DNA of 51,218 nucleotides from a virus (lineage: Duplodnaviria > Caudoviricetes): IMG/VR virus record IMGVR_UViG_3300036790_000100, positions 1 to 51,218 of that record; one strand, written 5' to 3'. Each line of letters starts with the position of its first letter. The first letter of the stretch is position 1. The translations under genes were made by a program, and so were the position numbers. This document shows, piece by piece, positions 1 to 9,809 of this stretch. Under the pieces are notes generated by a model, which was not told the DNA's origin, made no database searches, and saw only the letters and a list, made by a program, of their open reading frames with translations.

Positions 1-127
1 TGGCGTCGGTGAACCTGACCTGGCGCCAGTTGCCGCCAAGACCTTCGTGCGTATGGAGATCGCTCGTGCCATCGAAGCAACTGAAACTCAGCGCTGAGCT
101 GTGGCCGGACCTGGCGCTCGAGGCCGG
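1..127. repeat. Terminal direct repeat (assembly overlap of a circular genome), copy 1
   Basis: Bases 1-127 are identical to 51092-51218. 127 is a common assembler k-mer length, and ORFs read through the junction. Confidence 0.95.
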
Positions 128-530
128 TGTTCCCAAAGGCGACAGCAGCAAGACCGAGGCAGCCGACCACTTCGCCCGGCAGATCGGCATGGTGCCGAAC
201 CTGGTGGCCGAGCGTGAGCACCAGTTCGCGAAGGCGAAGATGCAGCGCAACTGGGCATTCGATTTCTGCTTTCGCCAGTACATGGTCGCGGTCGAGATCG
301 AAGGCATGGCGGTGCAGCTGCGCTGTCCGAAGTGCTTCGGCCACGAGCTCATCATCCGCGGCCGCCACGGCTCGATCGGCGGCATCAACGAGGACATGGT
401 GAAGTACAACTCCGCAGCGTTGCTCGGCTGGACCGTGCTGCGCTTCGCCACCAAGGACGTGAAGCCGCGGCGCGCGTACGACATGACCATGCTGGTGCTG
501 GCCGCCCGCGGCTGGCAGATGCCGGCATGA
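66..530 (+). CDS. PD-(D/E)XK-type endonuclease (DUF559/Vsr-like phage nuclease) with CxxC insert
   Basis: Motifs EREHQFA..RNWAFDF..VAVEIEG..RH..D.VKYNSAALLGWTVLRF. GTG start at 66 follows GGAG. Confidence 0.75.
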   Translation: MPSKQLKLSAELWPDLALEAGVPKGDSSKTEAADHFARQIGMVPNLVAEREHQFAKAKMQRNWAFDFCFRQYMVAVEIEGMAVQLRCPKCFGHELIIRGRHGSIGGINEDMVKYNSAALLGWTVLRFATKDVKPRRAYDMTMLVLAARGWQMPA

Positions 531-730
531 GGAACGAGTGGGATCGCCATACCCGCGAGCAGACGTCTGCACTGGATGACACCGGACAATTCCGGACTTA
601 CCTGGACCGCCAGCTCGCCAGCATCGACCCGCCGGCGGCGCCGCGCCGATCGACCAGGTGGATCTGGTTCGCAGTTTTCGCGGTGGGTGTGCTGATAGGC
701 TTCGGCCTGCACGCTCACCTGGCGCACTGA
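527..730 (+). CDS. Small membrane protein
   Basis: ATGA overlap with the upstream stop; C-terminal hydrophobic helix WIWFAVFAVGVLIGFGL. Confidence 0.6.
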   Translation: MRNEWDRHTREQTSALDDTGQFRTYLDRQLASIDPPAAPRRSTRWIWFAVFAVGVLIGFGLHAHLAH

Positions 731-766
731 CCGACAATCACAAACATCACGGGGAGAGTTACGACG

Positions 767-1129
767 ATGGAGAAGATCGACAACGCGGTGCGCAACGGCA
801 TCGACCAGGCGCAGCAGCAACCTGAACAGTCACCGCTGCAGACCGCGATGGCGCGCCACGGAAAGGCGCTCCTCGAGCTCAACACGGACCCGAACACCGG
901 CATGATCGGCGTGGATCCGCGGCAGCTGATGATCGACATGGAGCTGCTTACGGTGCGCATGGAGGTTCTGTTCCTGGCGCTGATCAAGGAGCACCTGGTC
1001 GATGGCAACAAGATGACCGTGCTGCTGACCAACAAGCTCAATGACGAGGCGACGCAGATGGAAGCGGCCAAGGCCGCACAGGCGCCACAGATCCAGGTCG
1101 TACCCGGCAGCATCCTCGAGCGGCCGTGA
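767..1129 (+). CDS. Hypothetical protein
   Basis: GGGGAG RBS, typical codon usage, coupled to the next ORF. Confidence 0.7.
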   Translation: MEKIDNAVRNGIDQAQQQPEQSPLQTAMARHGKALLELNTDPNTGMIGVDPRQLMIDMELLTVRMEVLFLALIKEHLVDGNKMTVLLTNKLNDEATQMEAAKAAQAPQIQVVPGSILERP

Positions 1130-1614
1130 ACCTGCAGGTATCTGTGGCCCGATATCGACGCCCGACCATCCATGACCCTCCGGACCCACGGATCCCGCCG
1201 GCGCCGTTCATCAAGCGGCTGAACCCGGCGCAGATCAAGGCGCTCGGCCGCGAGACCGCGCTCGATCCGCGCTTCCGCGGCATCGACCGATTCTTGTGGC
1301 GCTGGTCGGTCGGCCAGGGCACGACACTGCCGATCGATGCCGAGGAAGCTGAAGGCCTGCCGTTGAGCCGGCCGACTCCGCTGCAACCGGACGTGGCGAT
1401 CGTGGTGGACCAGGCCATTCAGCGCTCGGCCGAGTGGGCCCGACGCTTCGTGTTCCTGTGGTTCCGCTCGGACCGCTCCACGCAAGAGATCGCCGTGCTC
1501 ATGCGCATCCGGCTGCGCGCGGTCTACGATGAACGCAAGATCGTGTTCAGCTACTACCTCGGCCGCTTCCACGAAATCGGCATTCGCATACCCAGCTGGG
1601 AGCCAGACCTATGA
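1126..1614 (+). CDS. Putative late regulator (antiterminator Q / sigma region 4-like HTH)
   Basis: C-terminal pattern VDQAI..FVFLWF..STQEIAVLMRIRLRAVYDERK resembles Q/sigma4 HTH. Lies shortly upstream of a promoter-terminator pair. Confidence 0.5.
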   Translation: MNLQVSVARYRRPTIHDPPDPRIPPAPFIKRLNPAQIKALGRETALDPRFRGIDRFLWRWSVGQGTTLPIDAEEAEGLPLSRPTPLQPDVAIVVDQAIQRSAEWARRFVFLWFRSDRSTQEIAVLMRIRLRAVYDERKIVFSYYLGRFHEIGIRIPSWEPDL

Positions 1615-2120
1615 CCCCGTTGCAACTCTCACTGCTGTTCGCCGTTGCGCACACATCGATCCAGGCCTCCAGCGTCAGCGGTGAGGAAGCGGACACCCTG
1701 GCCGCGATGAACACGCGCGCCGTCGGCCTCGTCACGACCGATGCGCAAGAGGGTCACTTCACCCTCACCGACCGCGGCCGCGCCTTCGTGACGCACGTCA
1801 CATCCCTGCCACTCCCGGAGCAGGTCACTGTGTGGCGCATCGCCGCGGCGAACTTCGAGTGGGCACAGAACAATCCGGCGGTACCGCTGGCCACGCTCGG
1901 TGGCTTCGGGCTGCCGCGCGCGTTGCCCGATGATGAAGGTCAGCCACCGCCGCCGGCGCCTCCTGCCAAGCGAATCAACGGCATCGAGGTGCCGAGCGAT
2001 CCGGAAGGCAAGCGGCAGCTGGGACTGCGGCTGATGGAGAGCGGCTTCGGTGTCGGTGAGGTCGCAGAGCTGCTCGGCGTGACTTCTCAAGAAGCCGATG
2101 GGTGGTTTCTGGGTAAGTGA
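1611..2120 (+). CDS. Hypothetical protein with N-terminal wHTH-like segment and C-terminal HTH
   Basis: GLV..FTLTDRGRAF wing motif and GFGVGEVAELLGVT HTH, joined by a Pro-rich linker. Confidence 0.55.
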   Translation: MTPLQLSLLFAVAHTSIQASSVSGEEADTLAAMNTRAVGLVTTDAQEGHFTLTDRGRAFVTHVTSLPLPEQVTVWRIAAANFEWAQNNPAVPLATLGGFGLPRALPDDEGQPPPPAPPAKRINGIEVPSDPEGKRQLGLRLMESGFGVGEVAELLGVTSQEADGWFLGK

Positions 2121-2136
2121 GATCCCACACCTAGCC

Positions 2137-2164
2137 TTGACAATTGCGCATAGTCAGGTAGCTT
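2137..2164 (+). promoter_or_regulatory. Putative late sigma70 promoter
   Basis: TTGACA-16 bp-TAGCTT in the intergenic region ahead of the morphogenesis operon. Confidence 0.6.
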
Positions 2165-2199
2165 TTCGGCCCATAGTTGGCGTAACTGCCAGCACCACC

Positions 2200-2240
2200 A
2201 GGCCCACCTCGAGCGATCGACGTGGGCCTTTTGCGTTTTC
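2200..2240 (+). terminator. Intrinsic terminator just downstream of the late promoter
   Basis: AGGCCCAC-c-TCGA-gcga-TCGA-c-GTGGGCCT hairpin followed by TTTGCGTTTT. Confidence 0.7.
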
Positions 2241-2378
2241 TCAGTGGCGAAACGTGCCTTCACCCCCGTGAGTGCGCGTCGCCAGACCTGGTGATCTGAC
2301 AGCCTTAGCCACCAGGACTTTGCAGGCCGCCCTTATCCGGCGGCCTGTTTTTTCCCACACCACGGAGCTCTCACCAGC

Positions 2379-2750
2379 ATGGCGACACTTGCAACAGAGG
2401 ACATGCAGGGTAATTTCCTGCGCTACAGCGGCGGCATCGGTGTCAACGCCAATGACGTGGTGGCAGGACCGATCGATGCGGGCCGGTACGACACGATCAC
2501 CTTCTTCTCAACCGCCGGCGCGATGAACCTGCTGGCGGCGATCGACAGCGTGCCGACACTGGTCGCCATGGCCTTCGAGGACCTGGGCGCCGCCTCCGCG
2601 GCCGGCCCGGTGTTCGTGACCGTCACCGCAGCGAACCGGCTCTACCGGATCCGCAATACCTTCTCGAAGGTGGAGCTCACCCAAAACGGCGCGACCGCTG
2701 TCACCGGCGCCACGATCATCCTCTCGCGCCTGGCGCTGCAGGGAACCTGA
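2379..2750 (+). CDS. Hypothetical beta-rich protein (possibly virion-associated)
   Basis: GGAG RBS; A/G/T/V-rich; first gene of the late operon. Confidence 0.65.
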   Translation: MATLATEDMQGNFLRYSGGIGVNANDVVAGPIDAGRYDTITFFSTAGAMNLLAAIDSVPTLVAMAFEDLGAASAAGPVFVTVTAANRLYRIRNTFSKVELTQNGATAVTGATIILSRLALQGT

Positions 2751-2773
2751 GCGTGCCGACGAATGGGGAGTCG

Positions 2774-2905
2774 ATGCGGCCAGCGCGGCAGAGTGAACGC
2801 GGCATAGCAGACGGCACTTTCGAGACCGTCGCCTTCGCAAAGCGCCGCGACAAGCGCCGGCAGAAGAACAAGCTGGCGAAGGCCGCGCGCCGCAAGAACC
2901 GTTGA
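2774..2905 (+). CDS. Small basic protein (43 aa, not in the ORF track)
   Basis: GGGGAG RBS; translates MRPARQSERG...KRRDKRRQKNKLAKAARRKNR. Confidence 0.5.
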   Translation: MRPARQSERGIADGTFETVAFAKRRDKRRQKNKLAKAARRKNR

Positions 2906-2908
2906 GCC

Positions 2909-3562
2909 GTGAGCGCCTACGCGAAGCTGCGCCGCCGGCGGCAGGTCTTTGTCGATGCCTATGTGAAAACAGGCGTCGGCGCCGATGCGATCCGGGCGAT
3001 CAACCCGCTGCTCAAGCGCCCGGATGTGGCGGCATCGAAGATGCTGGCCAACCCGGAGGTGAAGGCGGCGATCGCCGAGAAGCAGGCGCAGGCGATCGCA
3101 CGCGCCGGGGCTCGCGAAGTGCGCGTGATCGAGGAGCTGTGCCACCTGGCATTCTTCGATCCGGGCGAGCTGCAGGATGAGAACGGCCACTATCTGCCGT
3201 TGAATCAACTGCGCCCCGAAGTGCGTCGGGCGCTGCAGTCGATCGACGTCGAGGACAAGTTCGAGGGCACCGGCGACGCACGGCGCGTGGTCAGCCGCCG
3301 GCACCGCTACAAGGGCAGCACCAAGGAAGGCGCGCTCAAGATCCTGCTGCAGTACATGAAGGCGCTGCCCGAACAGGTGCAGGTCTCAGGTCCCGGCGGC
3401 GGTCCGATCGAGACGCGCAGCGAGGTGACCGACCTTGAGAAAGCCCGGCGCATCGCCTTCCTTCTGACCATGGGCCTTAAGGCGAAGCCCACCACCCCAT
3501 TGAGCGACCCGGCCGAGCCGGTCGCACCAGTTTCCGCCGACGGCAACGCCGGCGGAGTTTGA
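2909..3562 (+). CDS. terS: Terminase small subunit
   Basis: RRQVFVDAYV..AIRA..AASKMLANPEVKAAI..VIEEL..LAFFD pattern and VSGPGGGPIET tail, typical of the Terminase_2 family. Confidence 0.85.
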   Translation: MSAYAKLRRRRQVFVDAYVKTGVGADAIRAINPLLKRPDVAASKMLANPEVKAAIAEKQAQAIARAGAREVRVIEELCHLAFFDPGELQDENGHYLPLNQLRPEVRRALQSIDVEDKFEGTGDARRVVSRRHRYKGSTKEGALKILLQYMKALPEQVQVSGPGGGPIETRSEVTDLEKARRIAFLLTMGLKAKPTTPLSDPAEPVAPVSADGNAGGV

Positions 3563-3605
3563 CGATCTCCACCAAGCCAATCAGCACCAAGCAGGAGACA
3601 CCTCA

Positions 3606-4436
3606 GTGAAGCGACCCTTACGATCGATCTATGGCCAGTACGTGGCCACCGTGGATGACTTCCGGCTCATCGCGAGCTTAGGACTCATCACCGGGCAATG
3701 GGGCAACCAGATGCCCTTGGGCGATACGAACAATATCGTCATGTTTGACGACTTCGACGGCGCAGCCTTGCTCGGCACCTGGTCGGTGCTCAAGGGCACG
3801 GACGCGGCGGCCGCCAACTTCGCCACCAACGCCGGCGTGTCGGGCACCATCCTCGGTACCACCGGCGCGACCACCACGACCATGGCCGGCTCCGGTGTGC
3901 AGATCACCGGCGGTCTGAACTTCAAGGCGCAGGGCGCTGCCGGCACCGGCGGCACCAACAACCTGGAGTTCAACTCGCGCGTGAAGGTCGACGTCATCAC
4001 CAACCAGGTGATGTTCGTAGGCTTGACCAACGCGGCAACCTTGCAGATGCCCATTCAGGGCAGCGGCGTGGGCAATGCCTTCACCGGCAACGCCAACGAT
4101 GCGGTGGGCTTCCTGTTCGACACGACCATGACCACGGCGGCCTGGTGGTGTGTCGGTAACAAAGCGGGCGCCGGTCCGCAGGGTTTCCTGGCGACCGCGC
4201 CGGGCGGCTCCAACAATGCGCCAGTGGCGGCGACGTTCGCGCAGTTTGCGATCAGCGTGGATCAGCTGGGCAATGCGAACTTCTTCTACAACGGCGTGCA
4301 GGTCGGCGTGACGATGCTCGGTGCACTCACGCCAACGGTGGCCCTCACCCCGATCGTCGCGGTGTTCAACCGCACGGCCGCGGCCTCGAGGAACCCGCAG
4401 ATCGACTACATCATGACAAGCATGAATCGGATCTAG
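3606..4436 (+). CDS. Beta-sandwich (ConA/LamG-like) putative virion protein
   Basis: FDDF start motif, G/T/A-rich strands, ANFFYNGVQVG and IDYI C-terminal motifs; AGGAGA RBS. Confidence 0.55.
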   Translation: MKRPLRSIYGQYVATVDDFRLIASLGLITGQWGNQMPLGDTNNIVMFDDFDGAALLGTWSVLKGTDAAAANFATNAGVSGTILGTTGATTTTMAGSGVQITGGLNFKAQGAAGTGGTNNLEFNSRVKVDVITNQVMFVGLTNAATLQMPIQGSGVGNAFTGNANDAVGFLFDTTMTTAAWWCVGNKAGAGPQGFLATAPGGSNNAPVAATFAQFAISVDQLGNANFFYNGVQVGVTMLGALTPTVALTPIVAVFNRTAAASRNPQIDYIMTSMNRI

Positions 4437-4524
4437 TACGATCCGCCTCACGCCATTCAAGTGAAAACTGCGACCGCGTTCCGGGGAGGGGTGTTCCTCT
4501 CCCCGGGGCCGGCCAGGAACTGAC

Positions 4525-6129
4525 ATGGATCTGGACCAGGTGCTCAAGGCCCTCGAGGGATTGCCGCCTGGCCAGCGCGCGCAGCTCGAGGAGACTGCGC
4601 TGGATGACACAGCGAGCATGCGCTGGGTCCCAAACCCCGGCCCACAGACCGAGGCCTATTTCTCCGAGGCAGATGAGCTTTACTACGGCGGCGAGGCCGG
4701 CGGCGGTAAATCTGATCTGATCCTTGGCCTGGCGCTCAACTGCCACCAGCGCGCCTCGATCTTCCGTGAGTTCAAGGACGACGCGCGCGAGCTCGGCCGC
4801 CGTCTGTGCCAGATCACCGGCAACACCATCGGCTGGAATGATCAGCAGGCCCGCTGGCGATCGGGCCCGCAGGAGTTCATCTTCGACGGCCTGCCGCTGG
4901 AGACGGACAAAGAACACCACAAGGGCAAGGCGCGCGACCTGCACGCCTTTGATGAGATCCCGGACTTCACCGAGTCGCAGTACCTGTTCATCACCGGGTG
5001 GAATCGGTCGGCATCCCCTGGTCAAAGGTCGCGCATCGTGTGCACCGGCAACCCGCCGACGCGCGCGAAGGGCCTGTGGGTCATCAAGCGTTGGGGTGCG
5101 TGGCTTGATCCACGCCACCCGAACCCGGCCCGCGACGGAGAGCTGCGCTGGTACATCCGCGGCGATGATGGCCACGAGGTCGAGGTGGACGGGCCCGGCC
5201 CCTACCAGGTCGATGGCAAGGACACCTTCGCGAAGTCGCGCACCTTCATCCGCGCGAAGCTCGAGGACAATCCTGACCTCGCCAACAGCGGCTACGATGC
5301 CCAGCTCGCCCAGCTGCCCAAGGAGCTGCGCGATGCCTACCGCGGCGGCAAGTTCGATGCGTCGCTGAAGGATCACCCGTTCCAGGTGGTGCCAACGCAG
5401 TGGGTCCTGGATGCGCAGAAGCGCTGGAGCGAACGGCCGCCGCAGGGCGTACCGATGTGCGCGATGGGAGTGGATCCGGCCGAAGGCGGCGCCGACAACT
5501 ACACCATCGCGGTCCGCTACGATGGCTGGTACGGCCCGTACATTTCGATCCCCGGTGTCGAGATCCGCTTGGGGTCGCAGGGCGCAGGGCACATCATCAC
5601 CAATCGCCGCAACAACGCGGACATCGTGCTCGACATGGGCGGCGGCTACGGTGGTGGCACCTTCCAGACCCTCACCGAGAATCAGATCCCGGTGACGGTG
5701 TACAAGGGCGCCAACAAATCCTACGCGCGCACCGAGACCAAAAAGCTCGGCTTCGTCAACAAGCGCACCGAGGTCTACTGGCGATTCCGCGAAGCCCTCG
5801 ATCCGGACCAGGTGGGCGGCTCACCGATCTGCCTGCCGCCGGATCCGGAGATCGTCAGCGATCTGACCGTGGTCACCTGGGAAGTCACCGCCCGTGGCAT
5901 CAAGATCCTGGAGAAGGATGAGGTGAAGAAACTCCTCGGCCGATCGCCAGACAAGGGCGACGCCACAGTGCTCGCCTGGGCCGCAGGCCTGCGCGGTGTG
6001 AACCCGCATTTCGGTACCGGCCAGTTCGGCCGCGAGCAGCACATCCCGTTACCCGGTCAGCGTCGAGGACCAGGCGGCGGATTCAAAGTTGATCTAGGCC
6101 CGCGGCATCGAGCCCCGGGAAGGAAGTAA
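4525..6129 (+). CDS. terL: Terminase large subunit
   Basis: PNPGPQ, Walker A YGGEAGGGKS, Walker B FDE, TGNPP motif, nuclease motifs GVDPA and SPDKGDA. Confidence 0.95.
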   Translation: MDLDQVLKALEGLPPGQRAQLEETALDDTASMRWVPNPGPQTEAYFSEADELYYGGEAGGGKSDLILGLALNCHQRASIFREFKDDARELGRRLCQITGNTIGWNDQQARWRSGPQEFIFDGLPLETDKEHHKGKARDLHAFDEIPDFTESQYLFITGWNRSASPGQRSRIVCTGNPPTRAKGLWVIKRWGAWLDPRHPNPARDGELRWYIRGDDGHEVEVDGPGPYQVDGKDTFAKSRTFIRAKLEDNPDLANSGYDAQLAQLPKELRDAYRGGKFDASLKDHPFQVVPTQWVLDAQKRWSERPPQGVPMCAMGVDPAEGGADNYTIAVRYDGWYGPYISIPGVEIRLGSQGAGHIITNRRNNADIVLDMGGGYGGGTFQTLTENQIPVTVYKGANKSYARTETKKLGFVNKRTEVYWRFREALDPDQVGGSPICLPPDPEIVSDLTVVTWEVTARGIKILEKDEVKKLLGRSPDKGDATVLAWAAGLRGVNPHFGTGQFGREQHIPLPGQRRGPGGGFKVDLGPRHRAPGRK

Positions 6130-6137
6130 GCGCACCC

Positions 6138-6329
6138 GTGGCCAAATCCAAACAGCCGCCGCTGGATCCGATGGGGACCGCGGCCACCCCGCTCACCGAT
6201 TTCTCACCGGGCACCCTGGCGCACATGACGCCGGCGCAGCGCGGCAAGCAGCTGAAGAAGTCCAAGCGCGTCGCGGTCACCCCCGCGATGTTGCACACGC
6301 CGCCGAACCTCAACCTGCCGCAAACCTAA
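6138..6329 (+). CDS. Hypothetical protein
   Basis: Fills the gap after terL on the operon strand. Confidence 0.45.
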   Translation: MAKSKQPPLDPMGTAATPLTDFSPGTLAHMTPAQRGKQLKKSKRVAVTPAMLHTPPNLNLPQT

Positions 6330-6348
6330 ACCGAAGGAACCGCACCCC

Positions 6349-6588
6349 ATGGGATACGCAGCTGCAGGCCTCGCCGTGATCGTCGGCGGTGGTATGTTGA
6401 CGGGCAAAGGGCCCGCGGGAAGTTTGAAGCCCAAGACCGCGCTCAGTGCTCCGCCAGTAATGCCCGATCAGACGACGCAGAACCAGGCGGCGACACTCGC
6501 TGAAGCGCAGGCCGCGGCCGAGAGGAATGGTCGCGCCTCAACCATCCTCACCAGCAACTCCAACACCTCCGATCAGTTGGGGCCGTAA
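6349..6588 (+). CDS. Small pre-portal virion protein
   Basis: PPVMPD...GRASTILT...LG motif, typical of the gene preceding podovirus connectors. Confidence 0.7.
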   Translation: MGYAAAGLAVIVGGGMLTGKGPAGSLKPKTALSAPPVMPDQTTQNQAATLAEAQAAAERNGRASTILTSNSNTSDQLGP

Positions 6589-8261
6589 TGGCAGATCCTA
6601 TCGACACCCTCGAGCAGCGCGCGCTGCACATCAAGGGCAAACGCATGGCGCTGCTGCCGTTCTGGCAGGAGATCGCCGAGCAGTTCTGTCCGCTGCGCGC
6701 GCAATTTACCCGGCAGTTCTATCTGTCCGAGCAGTTCATGGACATCCAGCTGACCAGCACGCCGCTGATCATCGCCCGTGAATTGAAGAACACCTTCAGC
6801 GCGATGCTGCGGCCGCGCGACCAGGACTGGTTCTCGATGACGATCGACCGGCCCGAGCGCCTGGATCGACAGGGCAAAGCCTGGCTCGAGTGGGCCACCA
6901 AGGTGCAGTGGCGCGCGATGTACGATGCGAAGGCGCAGTTCCAACGCGCCACCAAGGAGGCCGACGGGGACTTCGCGAGCTTCGGCAACGCGGTGATCAC
7001 ACGCGAGACCGACTACATGGCCACGCGCATGCTCTATCGGTCCTGGCATCTGAAGGACACGGTGTGGGCCGAGCAGTACGATGGCTCGATCGGTGAGGTG
7101 TACCGCTGGTGGAACCCGACTGGCCAGGAGCTGAAGAAGCGCTTCCCGAAGACGTACGACAAGCGCATCGACCAGTGGATCAACGACACCCCGCACCGTG
7201 AGGTGCGCTGCATGCACGTCGTGATCCCGGGTGAGGACTACGATCGGGTGCCGCTGCCCGGTCAGAATCAACCGGGGAAGTTTCGCACCCCGTGGGCATC
7301 GCTCTACGTGGACCTCGAGAACAAAACGGTCCTCGAGGAGACTGGCTCCTTCAGCCGCATCTACACGATCCCGCGCTGGGAAACGGTGTCCGGATCGCAG
7401 TGGGCGTATTCCCCGGCCGCTGTCGCAGGCCTGCCGGATGCACGGCTGCTGCAGGCCATGACGCTGACACTGATGGAGGCGGGTGAAAACAGCGTGCGGC
7501 CGCCGCTGATTGCGACGCAGGAGGCGATCCGCTCGGATGTCGCGCTTTATGCCGGCGGCATCACGTGGGTGGACGCCGAGTACGACGAGCGCTTAGGTGA
7601 GGCGCTGCGCCCGCTGCAGCTGTCCACCGGCGCCGGGATCTCGGTCGGCATGGAAATGCTCAAGGACGCGCGCGAGAAACTGTCGGAGGCCTTCTACCTC
7701 AACAAGCTCTCGCTGCCCGGGCCCGATCGGGAAATGACCGCCTATGAGACCGGCCAGCGCATCCAGGAGTGGATCCGCCAGGCACTCCCGCTCTTTGAGC
7801 CGGTGGAGTCGGAGTACAACGCCGCGCTGTGCGATGACACCTTCGATGCGCTGATGCGCGTCAACGCCTTCGGTCCGTGGGCCGACATTCCGCAATCCCT
7901 GCGCGGCCAGGACATCAAGTTCGCTTTCGAATCGCCGCTGCATCAGGCGACCGAGCGCAAGAAAGGCGCGCTGCTGCTGCAGGCCGGTCAGCTGATCGGC
8001 CAGGCTGCTCAGCTTGATCCGAACGTCGCCGCCGAGCTCGATGTGATGGTGGCGCTGCGCGATGCGCTCACCGGCATCGGGGTACCGGCGACCTGGCTGC
8101 GCGATGAGGATGCGGTCGATCAGATCGTCCAGGAGAAGCAGCAGGCCCAGCAATCGGCACTGCAGACGCAGCAGATCCAGAACGCCGGCAATGCGGCGCA
8201 GTCACTGGGTCAGGCGGTTAAGACCTTCCAGGGCGGCGCCGGCGCAGCAAGTCCGATCTGA
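6588..8261 (+). CDS. Portal / head-to-tail connector (T7 gp8/BPP-1-like)
   Basis: 557 aa; WQEIAE, PRW..SG..AYSPA, PPL, MTAYE, FESPL motifs and Q-rich C-terminus. Confidence 0.93.
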   Translation: MADPIDTLEQRALHIKGKRMALLPFWQEIAEQFCPLRAQFTRQFYLSEQFMDIQLTSTPLIIARELKNTFSAMLRPRDQDWFSMTIDRPERLDRQGKAWLEWATKVQWRAMYDAKAQFQRATKEADGDFASFGNAVITRETDYMATRMLYRSWHLKDTVWAEQYDGSIGEVYRWWNPTGQELKKRFPKTYDKRIDQWINDTPHREVRCMHVVIPGEDYDRVPLPGQNQPGKFRTPWASLYVDLENKTVLEETGSFSRIYTIPRWETVSGSQWAYSPAAVAGLPDARLLQAMTLTLMEAGENSVRPPLIATQEAIRSDVALYAGGITWVDAEYDERLGEALRPLQLSTGAGISVGMEMLKDAREKLSEAFYLNKLSLPGPDREMTAYETGQRIQEWIRQALPLFEPVESEYNAALCDDTFDALMRVNAFGPWADIPQSLRGQDIKFAFESPLHQATERKKGALLLQAGQLIGQAAQLDPNVAAELDVMVALRDALTGIGVPATWLRDEDAVDQIVQEKQQAQQSALQTQQIQNAGNAAQSLGQAVKTFQGGAGAASPI

Positions 8262-8608
8262 TGGCCGCCGCCACCTCGAAGCCAACGGGCAGGCGCGGGC
8301 CGATCCCGAAGGCCCCTTCGCGCGACCCGTGGGTTCCGCCTGAGTGGGATCCGGAGGATGCGCACGCGGTCCAGGCGTTCATGCAGGGTCGGGCCAGTCC
8401 TGAACAGCAGCAGCGCGCGGCCGCCTTCATCGTCCACCAGCTGTGCGGCACGTACGATCAGTCCTTCCGACCTGGTGGCGATCGCGATACGTGCTTTGCG
8501 GAAGGTAAGCGCTTCGTGGGCCTGCAGCTGGTGAAATTCGTGAATCTCAACATCGCCCGGCTGCTCAACAAGAACAGCGAACAGGGCGCACCACCCAAGG
8601 AGCAATAG
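8261..8608 (+). CDS. Bbp19-like protein
   Basis: SFRPGG.RDTCFAEGKRFVGLQL motif; position between portal and scaffold. Confidence 0.75.
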   Translation: MAAATSKPTGRRGPIPKAPSRDPWVPPEWDPEDAHAVQAFMQGRASPEQQQRAAAFIVHQLCGTYDQSFRPGGDRDTCFAEGKRFVGLQLVKFVNLNIARLLNKNSEQGAPPKEQ

Positions 8609-8611
8609 ACC

Positions 8612-9751
8612 ATGCCAGAAGCAGCAACAGGAGCAACAGGTGCCACAGGATCCGCAGCGACGGGCGCGACGGGTGCCACGGGCACCGGAACAGGCACAGG
8701 TACTGGGACAGGCACCGGAACCGGCACAGGCGCCGGCGGGGCTACAGGATCAGCCGCAGGTAATGGCGGCGGCACGGGCGGCAGCCAAACGGGGACGGGG
8801 ACTGGAACGGGCACGGGCACGGGCACGGGTACGGGTACGGGTACGGGCGCCGATGCAGCAGCTGCCGCGGCCGCAGCCGCAGCCGCCGCTGCGGGTGGTG
8901 GCACAGGCACGGGTACCGGCACCAGTGCGGCCGGTGCGGAAGCCTGGGCCGCGAATTGGCGCGAGACCTATGCCGGTGAGGATGCCGCGAAGCTGAATGT
9001 GCTCAAGCGCTATGAGTCGCCGCGGGCGCTCATGGATGCGCTGTTCTCGGCGCGGCAGAAGATCGAGTCGGGGGAGCTCAAAACCCCGCTGCCGGCGAAC
9101 GCGACGGCCGAGCAGCTCGCCACCTTCCGCAAGGACAATGGCATCCCGGACAAGCCGGAGGACTATTTCTCGAACCTGCCGGACGGGGTGAAGATCGATG
9201 ACGCCGACAAGGTGATGCTCGGCGACTACGCCAAGACGATGCACGAGTTGAACCTGACGCCGGCGCAGGCGCAGAAGCTGTTCGCGACCCGCCAGGCCCA
9301 GCTCGACAAGATGATCGTGGACCAGGGCGCGCAGGACAACACGCTCAAAACTCAGGTCGAGGATCAGCTGCGCGGGGAATGGGGCAATGACTACCGGCCC
9401 AACCTCAACGCGATCCACAACCTGCTGAACGGCTTCCCAGAAGGTGCGCGTGAGGCGCTGCTGAATGCCCGCGGACCGGACGGCAAGGCGATCTTCAACA
9501 ACAAGGAGGTCATGCAGGCGTTTGCACAGATCGCCCGCACCGTGAGCCCCTTCGGTACCATCACCGGCGCCGACGGTGGCGCGCTGAATGCGAGCGGCGT
9601 CGAGTCGCGCATGGCGGAGATCGTGAAGATGATGGGCGCGCCGAAGGGCACGCCGGAGTACAAGGCCTACTACGAAAACCCGAAGGTGCAGGCCGAGTAC
9701 CGTGACCTGATCTCAGCGCAGGAGCGGTTGAAAGCCCGCAGCGCGGCGTAG
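8612..9751 (+). CDS. Capsid scaffolding/assembly protein
   Basis: Low-complexity N-terminus, [17 protein letters not shown] and L..EWG.DY motifs; upstream of the capsid gene. Confidence 0.8.
   Translation: MPEAATGATGATGSAATGATGATGTGTGTGTGTGTGTGTGAGGATGSAAGNGGGTGGSQTGTGTGTGTGTGTGTGTGTGADAAAAAAAAAAAAAGGGTGTGTGTSAAGAEAWAANWRETYAGEDAAKLNVLKRYESPRALMDALFSARQKIESGELKTPLPANATAEQLATFRKDNGIPDKPEDYFSNLPDGVKIDDADKVMLGDYAKTMHELNLTPAQAQKLFATRQAQLDKMIVDQGAQDNTLKTQVEDQLRGEWGNDYRPNLNAIHNLLNGFPEGAREALLNARGPDGKAIFNNKEVMQAFAQIARTVSPFGTITGADGGALNASGVESRMAEIVKMMGAPKGTPEYKAYYENPKVQAEYRDLISAQERLKARSAA
8625..8935 (+). repeat. Coding (Thr-Gly)n / poly-Ala low-complexity repeats
   Basis: ACNGGN hexamer runs encoding TGTGTG and GCN runs encoding poly-Ala. 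Confidence 0.9.
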
Positions 9752-9809
9752 CATAGGTATGCCCTAACAAAGGCATTCCAATGCCATTCTTAATCACCTG
9801 GAGATCTCA

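Noticed and set aside
1-127. 127-bp terminal repeat as a biological DTR or att site
   Set aside because: Length equals a common assembler k-mer and it falls within coding sequence, so it is best read as a circularisation overlap.
8625-8935. TG/poly-Ala repeats as a special element
   Set aside because: Synonymous variation among units indicates a protein-level flexible scaffold tail.
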